DNA of 64,000 nt from Tubiluchus corallicola (GCA_030141605.1 JAQGDQ010001008.1:6928-70927); one strand, 5' to 3'; numbered from the stretch's first letter, positions 36,001 to 48,500 are shown. Notes: generated by a model from the sequence alone, not told the origin. Program-made: numbers and translations.

Positions 36001-37575
36001 TACAATTAGGATCTATCTTTAGTGAATAAGTACCTGGTAAAGTTCCAGTAGTTTTTGTTAGTTCAGGAAACTTTTCTTGCATACCTTGTTGCTTAGGGTA
36101 CACTTCTTGCACCTTTTTAATGCGTTCTATTAGTCCCAACTTAGCACTAGCTTTACCTGAGAAAATAGGTGTTTGGTCCATGTCAACCACATAGTACTCA
36201 ATATCTACTTGCTTTTTCGTCTAACTTGTAGCCAGTTTTACACACCCTATCACATCAATTTTATGTCCAGTGTATGATTGAAACTTTTTATTAGTCTTAA
36301 CTAGATTGTTGCGACAAGTCATAGTTTTTACTAATTTCCATGGCAAAAGACACTGTGCTGCACCAGTATCTATTTGGACTTGCACTTTACGGTTTGCTAT
36401 TGTCACTGTTGCATACCAATCTTCGGTGTGTCCATCTGCACTATTAACAGTTTTAATCATTTCGAAAACATCTCCATTTGCATCACTATCTGATGAGACT
36501 ATGTCTTCGACAATATTTGTGCCGTTGTTTCTACATTTGCTTGCAAAATGACCTTTCTTTTTGCATTTGCTGCAAGTCTGATGAACAGCAGGGCATTGTG
36601 ATTTACAGTGTATTCCATAACCACATCGATGGCACTCGATATACGTCATAAGGTAGTTGACCTTTTCAATCTCTGTTTTCTGAGACAGTGGTCCGTTAAA
36701 CGTGAAGCTACAATGCTGTTTAAACCTTTTCCATTCTTTATCCAAATTTTGTGCTCGCCAGTTCATGGACGGTTTATCGTGGTCGCCCATCTTCAAGCTC
36801 ACATATAAAAAAGGTTTTTATTTTTAACCTAGGCTTTGTTTCACCTTTTTTTTAAATTTCCACTTCTGACACCATGTCAGATATGCATAAATGATGTGTT
36901 TATTACCACGAGGATCTACGAGTAACATGGGTAACCTTTTAGTACAAGATTCTACATCTATGACTATATGTTACACATGACTTCTGCACTGCATTGAGAG
37001 TGTGACAGTTAGACAGTGACTTGAAAGTAGAATCCAGGCAGTATCTATTGGTAGAGGTAACTATGCAAACTTATCTTCGCAAAAACCATTACAGTAAAAA
37101 TAGGGAGAGATCCAGTGAGTATGCATATTCACTGCACCGAACAATTATACTAGGGGGTGAGTTTAGCTAGTAAAATGTAAAGTGATTAGTCAATAGATGG
37201 CAGCACCTAAAAATATACAGCTACAACTTCCACAGCGTGCTTTTAGACAGATAGGTAAGAAAGGTTATCAGTGGTGATTTACTGTGATAGCCTTGAAAGA
37301 CCGAAAACATCAAGTTGGAATTTTCTAAGTTAGTAGTTTTCTACTAGTTTAACCATTCAATTTTTTCCAATTTTTCAGAAACATTTGACGATTGCAAGCT
37401 ACCAAAAATAGTTGGATCCTGTAAAGCTAGCATTCCGAGTTGGTACTACTCCACTGAGACGGAGAACTGCGAAGAGTTCACTTATGGAGGCTGCGGAGGA
37501 AATGCAAATAGATTTAAGTTAGAACAAGAGTGTAAAAAATTATGTATGCCAGGGGGTGGGGCACCTATAGGATAG
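24064..37575 (+). CDS. Secreted protease-inhibitor-like protein: signal peptide (24064-24127), divergent Kunitz-like domain (24925-25098), LDL-receptor class A domain (26391-26546), canonical Kunitz/BPTI domain (37379-37575); possible alternative terminal exon at 30450
   Basis: Phase-1 AG/GT exons: MKTFVCLLVIAAFVSLLKGITG; CNGGTPGECYYDRMWYYNRETTKC...F...CQRMC; CGAGEFDC...CIPKVFLCDGIYDCGNGRDE (LDLa); CKLPKIVGSCKASIPSWYYSTETENCEEFTYGGCGGNANRFKLEQECKKLC (Kunitz, P1 Lys). Joining the last exon to the first three is inferred from phase only. Confidence 0.75.
24290..24810 (+). mobile_element. Internally deleted RTE-clade LINE remnant in intron 1 of the Kunitz gene
   Basis: 24500-24754 encodes YLSILKPVLLYGSDVWSLTSKTESRLPAAEMRVLRLILGITRRDR (RTE RT C-terminus); (TAAC)n tail near 24795; 5' part resembles 18090-18210. 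Confidence 0.6.
25852..26188 (+). mobile_element. Candidate solo LTR
   Basis: TGTTA...TAACA termini, internal TATAAAA (25989) and AATAAA (26122); TSD not clean. Confidence 0.4.
26782..27237. mobile_element. piggyBac-type MITE
   Basis: TTAA|CCCTTTCA...TGAAAGGG|TTAA; interior is the reverse complement of 23337-23711. Confidence 0.75.
27709..29481. mobile_element. Foldback-type element whose arms are inverted minisatellites (40-bp unit ~27760-28690; 42-bp unit ~28936-29470)
   Basis: Termini GGTTTTACATGTCAAATGTAGAC / GTCTACATTTGACGTGTAAAACC flanked by TATA; both arms built from TCAAATGT-core subunits in opposite orientation. Confidence 0.75.
30650..32590. repeat. 51-bp minisatellite in two blocks (30650-31886, 32108-32590)
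   Basis: Unit CCACTGAGAGTGTGAGTTAGACAGTAACATGATTAACACGACTTCTGCACT. Confidence 0.95.
32613..36975 (-). mobile_element. Ty3/gypsy LTR retrotransposon (Mag-like), defective; 101-bp LTRs at 36875-36975 (5') and 32613-32713 (3'), extra LTR copy at 31909-32009
   Basis: TG...CA LTRs, CATGA target-site duplication (32608-32612, 36976-36980), PBS TGGTGTCAGAAGTG matching the tRNA-Leu(CAA) 3' end, PPT GTGAAAAAGGGAGA; ORF pieces with CCHC knuckles, protease IDTGA, RT (IMDD), RNase H, HHCC+DDE integrase. Confidence 0.93.
33271..36802 (-). pseudogene. Disrupted gag-pol of the gypsy element (ORFs 36221-36802, 35651-36190, 33271-35466)
   Basis: Stop at ~36221 and frameshifts around 35650/35470 split one polyprotein; gag N-terminus joined directly to zinc knuckles. 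Confidence 0.85.
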
Positions 37576-38351
37576 ACATTTGGAAGTCTGAGGTTATAGT
37601 GTATACTCTAGTCTCTAAACAAACCTTCGGTAATTATGCTTGTACTTCTATAATTTTGCAGTAACTTATTAATCTTATTAACCATCTCATTAGTACTTCC
37701 CAGCCCAAAATTTTCTAATCTCAAAATTTTTGCCCTATAACGGTAAACTAGCTATGTGATTTTTCTAAAAAATCCTGCTTATTTTATAAAATGTTTGTAG
37801 TGCTCGGCTTTTGCAATAGTTTTTCAATGTTTATTTTAACATCAAGATTTATGTTTTCCTTATTAACTACGGTATCTAGCAATATCATCTTATGTCTTAT
37901 TATGAATAGTGGAATTCGTCATCCTCTGCTTCACAAAATTTACATAAATCTCCTCCTTTTTCTATAGGTGCAAGGTGTATAAACTGAAATATGTAATTAA
38001 TTTTGGTCAACTCTATTAATAAACAAATTGTACAACAAAAATCACTAGTTATTATGGTTTACTCATTATGAAATCTTTCTGTAATAAATCATTATAATCG
38101 AAATTTTCCTGTTTCGCAGTTCAAGCTTCCCTAGACTTGTTACGGTGCCCATGCTTGTTAATAATGATTGTATTCAGCAGCCGTGTACTACACGCTGTGC
38201 TGTGTAGTTCCACACAGTTCCACTGTGATTATTCGTTCCGTTGCTCAGCTTAGTCGACCCTCATTCTTAACTGTATCTGTCTGTCTGTCCGTCTGCCGCC
38301 TGTTTGCCTCGTATGTTGATCTGTGTGGTCTGGCTATTTTTCGAAGGCTGC

Positions 38352-39733
38352 TGGCTGCCTAAACTGCTATCACATCAGCATCCTTGGCTCTCTAAACTGC
38401 TATCACATCAGCATCCTTGGCTCTCTAAACTGCTATCACATCAGCATCATTGGCTGCCTAAACTGCTATCACATCAGCATCATTGGCTGTCTAAACTGCT
38501 ATCATGCCAGCATCCTTGGCTGTCTAAACTACTATCATGCCAGTATCCTTGGCTGCCTAAACTACTATCATGCCAGCATCCTTGGCTGTCTAAACTGCTA
38601 TCATGCCAGTATCCTTGGCTGTCTAAACTACTATCATGCCAGCATCCTTGGCTGTCTAAACTGCTATCACATCAGCATCCTTGGCTCTCTAAACTGCTAT
38701 CACATCAGCATCCTTGGCTCTCTAAACTGCTATCACATCAGCATCCTTGGCTCTCTAAACTGCTATCACATCAGCATCATTGGCTGTCTAAACTGCTATC
38801 ACATCAGCATCCTTGGCTGCCTAAACTACTATCATGCCAGTATCCTTGGCTGCCTAAACTGCTATCACGCCAGCATCATTGGCTGCCTAAACTGCTATCA
38901 CATCAGCATCCTTGGCTGTCTAAACTACTATCACATCAGCATCCTTGGCTGCCTAAACTGCTATCACTCCAGCATCATTGGCTGCCTAAACTACTATCAC
39001 GCCAGCATCATTGGCTGCCTAAACTACTATCACGCCAGCATCCTTGGCTCTCTAAACTACTATCACGCCAGCATCCTTGGCTCTCTAAACTACTATCACG
39101 CCAGCATCCTTGGCTGTCTAAACTACTATCACGCCAGCATCCTTGGCTGCCTAAACTACTATCACATTTGCAACGTTGGCTGCCTAAACTGCTATCACGC
39201 CCGCATCATTGGCTGCCTAAACTGCTATCACGCCCGCATCATTGGCTGCCTAAACTACTATCACGCCAGCATACTTGGCTGTCTAAACTGCTATCACGCC
39301 AGCATCCTTGGCTGTCTAAACTGCTATCACATCTGCAACGTTGGCTGCCTAAACTGCTATCACTCCAGCATCCTTGGCTGCCTAAACTACTATCACGCCA
39401 GCATCCTTGGCTGCCTAAACTACTATCACGCCAGCATCCTTGGCTGTCTAAACTACTATCACGCCAGCATCCTTGGCTGTCTAAACTACTATCACGCCCG
39501 CATCCTTGGCTGTCTAAACTACTATCACGCCAGCATCCTTGGCTGTCTAAACTACTATCACGCCAGCATCCTTGGCTGTCTAAACTACTATCACGCCAGC
39601 ATCCTTGGCTGTCTAAACTACTATCACGCCAGCATCCTTGGCTGTCTAAACTACTATCACGCCCGCATCATTGGCCGCCTAAACTGCTATCACGCCAGCA
39701 TACTTGGCTGTCTAAACTGCTATCACGCCAGCA
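38352..39733. repeat. 30-bp minisatellite (~46 copies) with a left-to-right variant gradient
   Basis: Unit TGGCTG(C/T)CTAAACT(G/A)CTATCAC(AT/GC)CAGCATCCT-type; period approximate (30-33 bp). Confidence 0.85.
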
Positions 39734-40261
39734 CTCTTGACTGTTGTTTATTAGCACCACTACAGCTTGCATTCCAGCAACTGTGCTAATAATTTAGCTC
39801 AAATGTCAAAAAACAAAGCGAACAATAATTCCTGTTACATAATTTAATTTCCAGTACAAACAATTCTGGATAACAAGTATACACAAAAAAGATTTTCACT
39901 TTATCCCGCGATTTGCAAAAGGATAAATGAATGTCACCTAGCAAGTTTCAACATGTTGCTCAACATAAACTAACAATAACATACGTTCCATTCACCATTA
40001 AAATGAATGAAAAACAACCTTTAAAATTGGCGAGTTGGCTTTCTAACTCTCAGGAGAACAAACGCCTCCATTGTTTGCCTAACAAAATCAACGTGACAAA
40101 AGCTTTATCATATAAAAACTATACAATAGCACGTATTTTCTTAGCATAACCTTTTTGTACTTTGCGGCTAAGTTTATTGTCTATAAATACACAGAATATG
40201 ACGTGTGATTGTTCATGCATTGACATATTTCAAGCGTCTGGCAATTAACATAACAAGAATG

Positions 40262-40289
<28 letters not shown>

Positions 40290-40292
<3 letters not shown>

Positions 40293-40958
40293 GATAACAT
40301 GGAACCAATTTTTGTTAATGTGGTCAATGTCTTGCTTAGTAGTTGTAGAGACAGATAACTTGGAACCAATTTTTGTTAATGTGGTCAATGCCTTGCTTAC
40401 TAGTTGTAGACACAGATAACTTGGAACCAATTTTTGTTAATGTGGTCAATGCCTTGCTTAGTAGTTGTAGACACAGATAACTTGGAACCAATTTTTGTTA
40501 ATGTGGTCAATGCCTTGCTTAGTAGTTGTAGAGACAGATAACTTGGAACCAATTTTTGTTAATGTGGTCAATGCCTTGCTTAGTAGTTGTAAACACAGAT
40601 AACTTGGAACCAATTTTTGTTAATGTGGTCAATACCTAGCTTAGTAGTTGTAGAGACAGATAACTTGGAACCAATTTTTGTTAATGTGGTCAATGCCTTG
40701 CTTAGTAGTTGTAGACACAGATAACTTGGAACCAATTTTTGTTAATGTGGTCAATGCCTTGCTTAGTAGTTGTAGAGACAGATAACTTGGAACCAATTTT
40801 TGTTAATGTGGTCAATGCCTTGCTTAGTAGTTGTAGAGACAGATAACTTGGAACCAATTTTTGTTAATGTGGTCAATGCCTTGCTTAGTAGTTGTAGAGA
40901 CAGATAACTTGGAACCAATTTTTGTTAATGTGGTCAATGCCTTGCTTAGTAGTTGTAG
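40290..40958. repeat. 61-bp minisatellite (~11 copies)
   Basis: Unit CACAGATAACTTGGAACCAATTTTTGTTAATGTGGTCAATGCCTTGCTTAGTAGTTGTAGA. Confidence 0.95.
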
Positions 40959-42495
40959 TTTAAATCTCTCTACGTTGTAAGCAATTGCAGGAAATTCTGA
41001 ACTGAACCAAATATGTAGATGTGTTTTGTGACCATCTGATCTATTCTGCAATAAACGCTCATTTTTGCACATCTTGAAGCTAAAATAACTACACCGTGGA
41101 AAGAACAATGGTAGTCTCAACACCCCAAAAGTTTACAAAAACCATCGTATGTTTACAATATCATATGAAACGCACGTAACCCTACGCATGATCAATTCAC
41201 ATTACACGGTACGAACACAATAATACGGGGAGGCGGTCACATGTGCATTTCCTAACAAAACATTTAGCAACATTTTAATGCATTAATAATTTACTTTGAA
41301 TCAATTAAAGTCAAGTTACAGATGATTCAAACAAGATCAACACCATAATATCACATTGCAACACCTTGCTTGATTCAAACAAGATCAACACACATTGCTG
41401 AGTCAAAGCCGTTCTATTTTCTATAAATCTGCCATTTTTTTACACAAATGTACTAAAATCGTTCCCAACCCGCCCATTTCACGCATGAACGATCAGCCAC
41501 CCACTGCAACCAAAGCAAAAATGTAACTCGTCGCTCCGTATAAAACTACAAAATATCATATCCAAATAACATGACAAAACTTGTTTTGTACAAATTCTGT
41601 ACAGGATGATCACACAACGCGGTAAAACGACCTGCTTTACTAGATAATAATGCATATTAAAACTATTACAAAACGACTATCACGTCCTCGTTTGGTACGC
41701 ATCACCGAGAACAAACTCGCATTAATGAAAAGAAAACCTCGGTATCAAGCGCTAGAAATCGAGTTTGCTCGCAAAAATTCTTCGCAAACGTTCATTTGTC
41801 AGTCTAGTTCTCGCAGAAAGATACCACAAGACACAGACGTCTACATATACTGGGTAATTACAATTTAAAACCTTTGGGTGTTTCATTTCAACAAACAACT
41901 ACAGTATAAAACTATTAAAACATCGTATAACAATACATCACTGGTGCGAACAATACTAGCCTTGTGTATGATACATGTTCACTGGAATTATCGAACAACC
42001 GGTAATAATAATTTACATCGGGGTTGATAAATGATCACTTCTATTTACAGCAAACCGGCACGACGGGAAACCTTCTCGCCGCATCGGACGAACTCCGCGG
42101 AACGACGCACGAGTGGCTCCGATAGCGGCATTGTTCAAACCAGCCGGTCATTGTTCAAACGTGAGCGATGATGACGTGTCCGTTGCGTTACTATTAACAC
42201 GACGGGAAACTTTCTCGCCGCATCGGATGAACTCCGCCCGGAACGACGCACGAGCGGCTCTGATAGTGGCATTGTTCAAACGTGTCGGTCATTGTTCAAA
42301 CATGAGCGTTGATAATGATGATGACGTGTCGTTTGCGTTACTATCACATCGTAAATATTTCGGCAGTCTCTCGCTTCGGCAGTAGCTTCTACACGTACGT
42401 TGCGGTCGCGCGTACACACAGTCAAACTTGAAAACGCACTTTCGTTGCTCAGTAGTGTTTTGGGAGTTAGCAAGATCCATACTCGATGTAAAATC

Positions 42496-44006
42496 AGTAG
42501 CGATCTACGCCGTTTTGTAGTAACATGCAGTAACGGTCGAAACTGAAGTAGCGATCTACGCCGTTTTGTAGTAATATGCAGTAATGGTCGAAGAGTGAAG
42601 TAACGATCTACGCCGTTTTGTAGTAACATGCAGTAACGGTCGAAGACTGAAGTAGCGATCTACGCCGTTTTGTAGTAACATGCAGTAACGGTCGAAGACT
42701 GAAGTAGCGATCTACGCCGTTTTGTAGTAACATGCAGTAACGGTCGAAAACTGAAGTAGCGATCTACGCCGTTTTGTAGTAACATGCAGTAACGGTCGAA
42801 GACTGAAGTAGCGATCTACGCCGTTTTGTAGTAACATGCAGTAACGGTCGAAGACTGAAGTAGCGATCTACGCCGTTTTGTAGTAATATGCAGTAACGGT
42901 CGAAGACTGAAGTAGCGATCTACGCCGTTTTGTAGTAACATGCAGTAACGGTCGAAGACTGAAGTAGCGATCTACGCCGTTTTGTAGTAACATGCAATAA
43001 CGGTCGAAGACTGAAGTAGCGATCTACGCCGTTTTGTAGTAACATGCAGTAACGGTCGAAGACTGAAGTAGCGATCTACGCCGTTTTGTAGTAATATGCA
43101 GTAACGGTCGAAGACTGAAGTAGCGATCTACGCCGTTTTGTAGTAACATGCAGTAACGGTCGAAGACTGAAGTAGCGATCTATGCCGTTTTGTAGTAACA
43201 TGCAGTAACGGTCGAAGACTGAAGTAGCGATCTACGCCGTTTTGTAGTAACATGCAATAACGGTCGAAGACTGAAGTAGCGATCTACGCCGTTTTGTAGT
43301 AACATGCAGTAACGGTCGAAGACTGAAGTAGCGATCTACACCATTTTGTAGTAATATGCAGTAACGGTCGAAGACTGAAGTAGCGATCTACGCCGTTTTG
43401 TAGTAACATGCAGTAACGGTCAAAGACTGAAGTAGCGATCTACGCCGTTTTGTAGTAACATGCAGTAACGGTCGAAGACTGAAGTAGCGATCTACGCCGT
43501 TTTGTAGTAATATGCAGTAACGGTCGAAGACTGAAGTAGCGATCTACGCCGTTTTGTAGTAATATGCAGTAACGGTCGAAGACTGAAGTAGCGATCTACG
43601 CCGTTTTGTAGTAATATGCAGTAACGGTCGAAGAGTGAAGTAGCGATCTACGCCGTTTTGTAGTAACATGCAGTAACGGTCGAAGACTGAAGTAGCGATC
43701 TACGCCGTTTTGTAGTAATATGCAGTAACGGTCGAAGACTGAAGTAGCAATCTACGCCGTTTTGTAGTAACATGCAGTAACGGTCGAAGACTGAAGTAGC
43801 GATCTACGCCGTTTTGTAGTAACATGCAGTAACGGTCGAAGACTGAAGTAGCAATCTACGCCATTTTGTAGTAACATGCAGTAACGGTCAAAGACTGAAG
43901 TAGCGATCTACGCCGTTTTGTAGTAACATGCAGTAACGGTCGAAGACTGAAGTAGCGATCTACGCCGTTTTGTAGTAATATGCAGTAACGGTCGAAGACT
44001 GAAGTA
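42496..44006. repeat. 52-bp minisatellite (~29 copies)
   Basis: Unit GAAGTAGCGATCTACGCCGTTTTGTAGTAACATGCAGTAACGGTCGAAGACT. Confidence 0.95.
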
Positions 44007-44579
44007 ATTCAAGTACCACAACATGTAGAGCACACTGCTGTACGCTTGTCGATCCATGGTTTGCTATCGAATGTCAAACGTAATACGATCACAGGCTGAA
44101 ATATTACAATCAATTAGTGCCATTCGCAACATGAATTTGCCAACGTTTAAGCAACAAGAAAAAAATGCAAATTAAAAAAAAACAAAAAATGAAAAAGAAA
44201 CATTTTTGTAGAGACTTTTAGCTACAATCTCAACTTAGACGGGCATCTTCAACATCTGAGTTTTTTATACCTAGTTTATATTAAACAACAACCGTTAGTT
44301 TGGCGACTAATAAGTTAAGGTTAAGGAGAACAAGATGCTGAAAAATCACGAGTCACTCCTGACTGCAAGGCTCGGGTTCAAATCCCAATATAGAAATAAT
44401 GTTTAATGATTTTTTAACTTCTGCCTGTTATCGCAGTTAAATCACCCCATCGCAGTTAAAATTTCATTGCTGAGTCGATGGCAAGTAACTTGTCCCATAT
44501 TTTAAAATATAAAACTGACACTGAATAATTTGGCAGGTCATGTTAAGCTACTGGAGTAAATGCCAGCAAAGATTTAACC

Positions 44580-45090
44580 ATAGAAGCACCGGGTGCGTCA
44601 AGTCAAACCCTAGAAGCACCGGGTGCGTCAAGTCAAATCCTAGAAGCACCGGGTGCGTCAAGTCAAATCCTAGAAGCACTGGGTGCGTCAAGTCAAATCC
44701 TAGAAGCACCGGGCGCGTCAAATCAAATCCTAGAAGCACCGGGTGCGTCAAGTCAAATCCTAGAAGCACCGGGTGCGTCAAGTCAAATCCTAGAAGCACC
44801 GGGTGCGTCAAGTCAAATCCTAGAAGCACCGGGCGCGTCAAATCAAATCCTAGAAGCACCGGGTGCGTCAAGTCAAATCCTAGAAGCACCGGGTGCGTCA
44901 AGTCAAATCCTAGAAGCACCGGGTGTGTCAAGTCAAATCCTAGAAGCACCGGGTGCGTCAAGTCAAATTCTAGAAGCACCGGGTGCGTCAAGTCAAATCC
45001 TAGAAGCACCGGGTGCGTCAAGTCAAATCCTAGAAGCACCGGGTGCGTAAAAGTCAAATCCTAGAAGCACCGGGTGCGTCAAGTCAAATC
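44580..45090. repeat. 30-bp minisatellite (~17 copies)
   Basis: Unit TAGAAGCACCGGGTGCGTCAAGTCAAATCC. Confidence 0.95.
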
Positions 45091-45563
45091 ACGGGTGTTC
45101 CGTTCCGTATAACTGAATTTCCGCGAAGTAGGGACGCTATACTTAGTTTAGTAATTCCATCAATCAACGCTTTCCATCAATCAACCAATCGTGTGTTGTG
45201 TACAATCTCAAGTCGGCAAGTAGCATCTCAAGCGGGTGCAAGTACTACATTTCGTTTTTTGTGTGTATTCATCCGCCGAATAAACACACTATTTACTGTA
45301 AATGGTAATTTTTTATGATTTATAATATTCTTTTAATCGCGAAACAGCAAAAATACCGCGCTAAATATTTTACATTAATATTTTTGAAAACCCGTGAAAC
45401 AGCGAGTCCGCGATAAACGAACCGCGAAGTAGCGAGGGAACACTGTAAGAATGAAACCTATGAAAACTCAATTGATTCATGCTGGTAGCAAACTTTTCCG
45501 GCCCTCTAGTGTTAAACTGTGACAAAAATCTAACCTGACTGACTGACTGACTGAGTGACTCAC

Positions 45564-48500
45564 CTTCATAAAAAGCCCCAGGCTTCTAATGCTTTAACTA
45601 CGAAATCTTCATGGCTAGTGAGTATGTCGTTATCATATGTTTTACAGGAATGCGTGCGGCCATGGTACAGGTCCCCGTCCAGCCACAAGCCAAACTGACC
45701 CCTGAAACAAAGTTTTCATACAGTTCAGCACAAACATGATGGTTGGCAGGACAGGAACATAGGTCACCGTCCAGCCACAAGCCAAACTGACCCCTGAAAC
45801 AAAGTTTTAATACAGTTCAGTACTATGATACTCAGTGGCAGCATAAACATGTGGTTGGCAGGACAGGAACATAGTTCACGGTCAAGGATAACCTTCTAAC
45901 TTGCAGCATATAACGGGAGGAGATGTCACCCTGGGATGCATATCCTCAAAGAGATAAATCAGAAGCAGTTTTCTCAACAGTCACCCATCCATTTACAAAG
46001 CTAGGCCAGCATGGCTCAACTGCGGTCACTAAACACACTCACTATCATCATTTCAAGGCTTCGCCGCATAATTTAACGGCAGTACCATCATGTAAGAAAT
46101 TGTTCTGTACTATTCGTCGTTGTTTTTGCCTCCCTCCAGCAAAATGTTATGTACCACCCTGTACAATAGCTCATGTTAAGATATACATTGATGCTTAAAC
46201 AACAAAATCAGTGCAGAAGCTTCAACTGAAAGCTTAAAATGGTTCAAAGTACAAATAAATGCACAATGTTCAAAGGCAATTAAGTCTGTTCATTACTACG
46301 ATTGACACACGATGTGTAATGAGGACAAGTAAAGTACAAAGGTACTTACTCTCCAGCACATTAATGATAAAGTACAAAAGTACTTACTCTCCAGTGCATT
46401 AACGATAAAGTGCAAAAGTACTTACTCTCCAGCACATTAACGATAAAGTACAAAAAGTACTTACTCTCCAGCACATCAACTATAAAGTACAAAAGTACTT
46501 ACTCTCCAGCACATTAACAATAAAGTACAAAAGTACTTACTCTCCAGCACATCAACTATAAAGTACAAAAAGTACTTACTCTCCAGCACATCAACTATAA
46601 AGTACAAAAGTACTTACTCTCCAGCGCATTAACAATAAAGTACAAAAAGTACTTACTCTCCAGCACATTAACTATAAAGTACAAAAGTACTTACTCTCCA
46701 ACACATTAAAAATAAAGTACAAAAGTACTTACTCTCCAGCACATTAACGATAAAGTACAAAAGTACTTACTCGCCAGCACATTAACGATAAAGTACAAAA
46801 GTACTTACTCTCCAGCACATTAACGATAAAGTACAAAAGTACTTACTCTCCAGCACATTAACGATAAAGTACAAAAGTACTTACTCTCCAGCACATTAAC
46901 AATAAAGTACAAAAGTACTTACTCTCCAGCACATTAACAATAAAGTACAAAAGTACTTACTCTCCAGCACATTAACGATAAAGTACAAAAGTACTTACTC
47001 TCCAGCACATTAACAATAAAGTACAAAAGTACTTACTCTCCAGCACATTAACAATAAAGTACAAAAGTACTTACTCTCCAGCGCCTATACATAAACTGTC
47101 TTTATTGCCCTTAAGGAAGAAGGCATTATCCCCGGTCCATCCGAACGTTTTGAACTCCGGATAAAAGGTAAACAACAACGATTCTCCGGTGCCGTAGAAA
47201 TGATCACTAAGTTTCAATGCGCACGAAGTTATAGCACCAAATACCTGAAAAAGGCAATTAGTTTAGTACTAAGATGGATTTAGTACTATGGGCAAAAAGC
47301 TAGGTACATCGTAGGTGTTTACAGGTATTAAAAACACATTAAACATAATTATTATTTGTGCTTCCATAGCAAAATCGGTAATTAAGCTTTTCTAGTTATT
47401 CACATATCCTAAATCTCCATTTCATGAGGATCATTTTGATACCAAGTTCATCTCTCTATGTTATTTCTAAGCTCAGATAATCCACATTGAAGTTGAGGTG
47501 CAGGCTGCACACTGAAAAACATAATCTTGAGAAAATCATTGTTAAAGTTAGCCATTGTTTTTTGTCACGTTTCTACAAAACACTTAGCAACCGCACAAAT
47601 GTTGGTTGCTACGGACTTTTGGTTGCTACAACACATTGAAGTTACATTTAAATCCAGTAGATGGCTCTTCCTAATGCTTGGCAACAGAAAAAAAACACAT
47701 AATTAACTTGCTGGCCAATGAGAAATTTCACTTTCACACATAATATTCACTAGTTTTCTTACAATGAGAAATTTGCAGGCAAAAATAGCTAATGGATCTA
47801 TTAAGAGGAATTCTTAAACTTTACAATGTTTAAGAATGTTTATTCTGATCACATTTTTGTGCTGAGATCTTTTGTGGGTTTGTGCATTTTCAGAAAATTT
47901 ACCAACTCTTTTAAGCTAATGCATTCAACGAGATTCAATTCACTGTACAGTCAACCCTCGTTAAACCGGACCCCGTTAGTCCGGATATCGGATAAGACGG
48001 ACGTCATCCGTGGTAAAGGAAACTGACCGATTTTCGTCCGAGCCGGAGCGCTAAACACAACATGGCCTATCAACTGTACAATAATTTCTTTATCCTCACA
48101 GGTTAACTATTTTAAAGTAATATACAGTATAGTATATAGTGCAATGTATATAGGCCTTATTAAGGTGATTATTCCTGTATAGTATAAACCATATATAGGC
48201 ATATCGGATAAATCGGACAATCGGCTAAACCGGACCACCCCCCCATTAGTCCGGTTTAACGAGGGTTGACTGTATTGTACTGTATATTACTCAATGTACA
48301 TCATATTATCTTGACGATACTCATTCAATTCAATAAGTGAAACATTTTTCATAAGTATCCGCGGATTTTTCTCAGAGACACTCATACCTCGGTTTTTGAA
48401 CGTCTCCGTACTCGTACAAATCGGTTTTCGACCAGAAAATTCCAGTTGAAATTGTCTCCGCTCTCGACCAGAATTTCGGTACTCAACCAACCTCATGGGA

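Noticed and set aside
38304-39789. 478/488-aa His/Cys-rich repeat ORFs
   Set aside because: Two overlapping frames are open only because the repeat unit length is a multiple of three and lacks stops; no signal peptide, unique domain or splice support.
44540-45064. Repeat ORFs on both strands
   Set aside because: 30-bp satellite.
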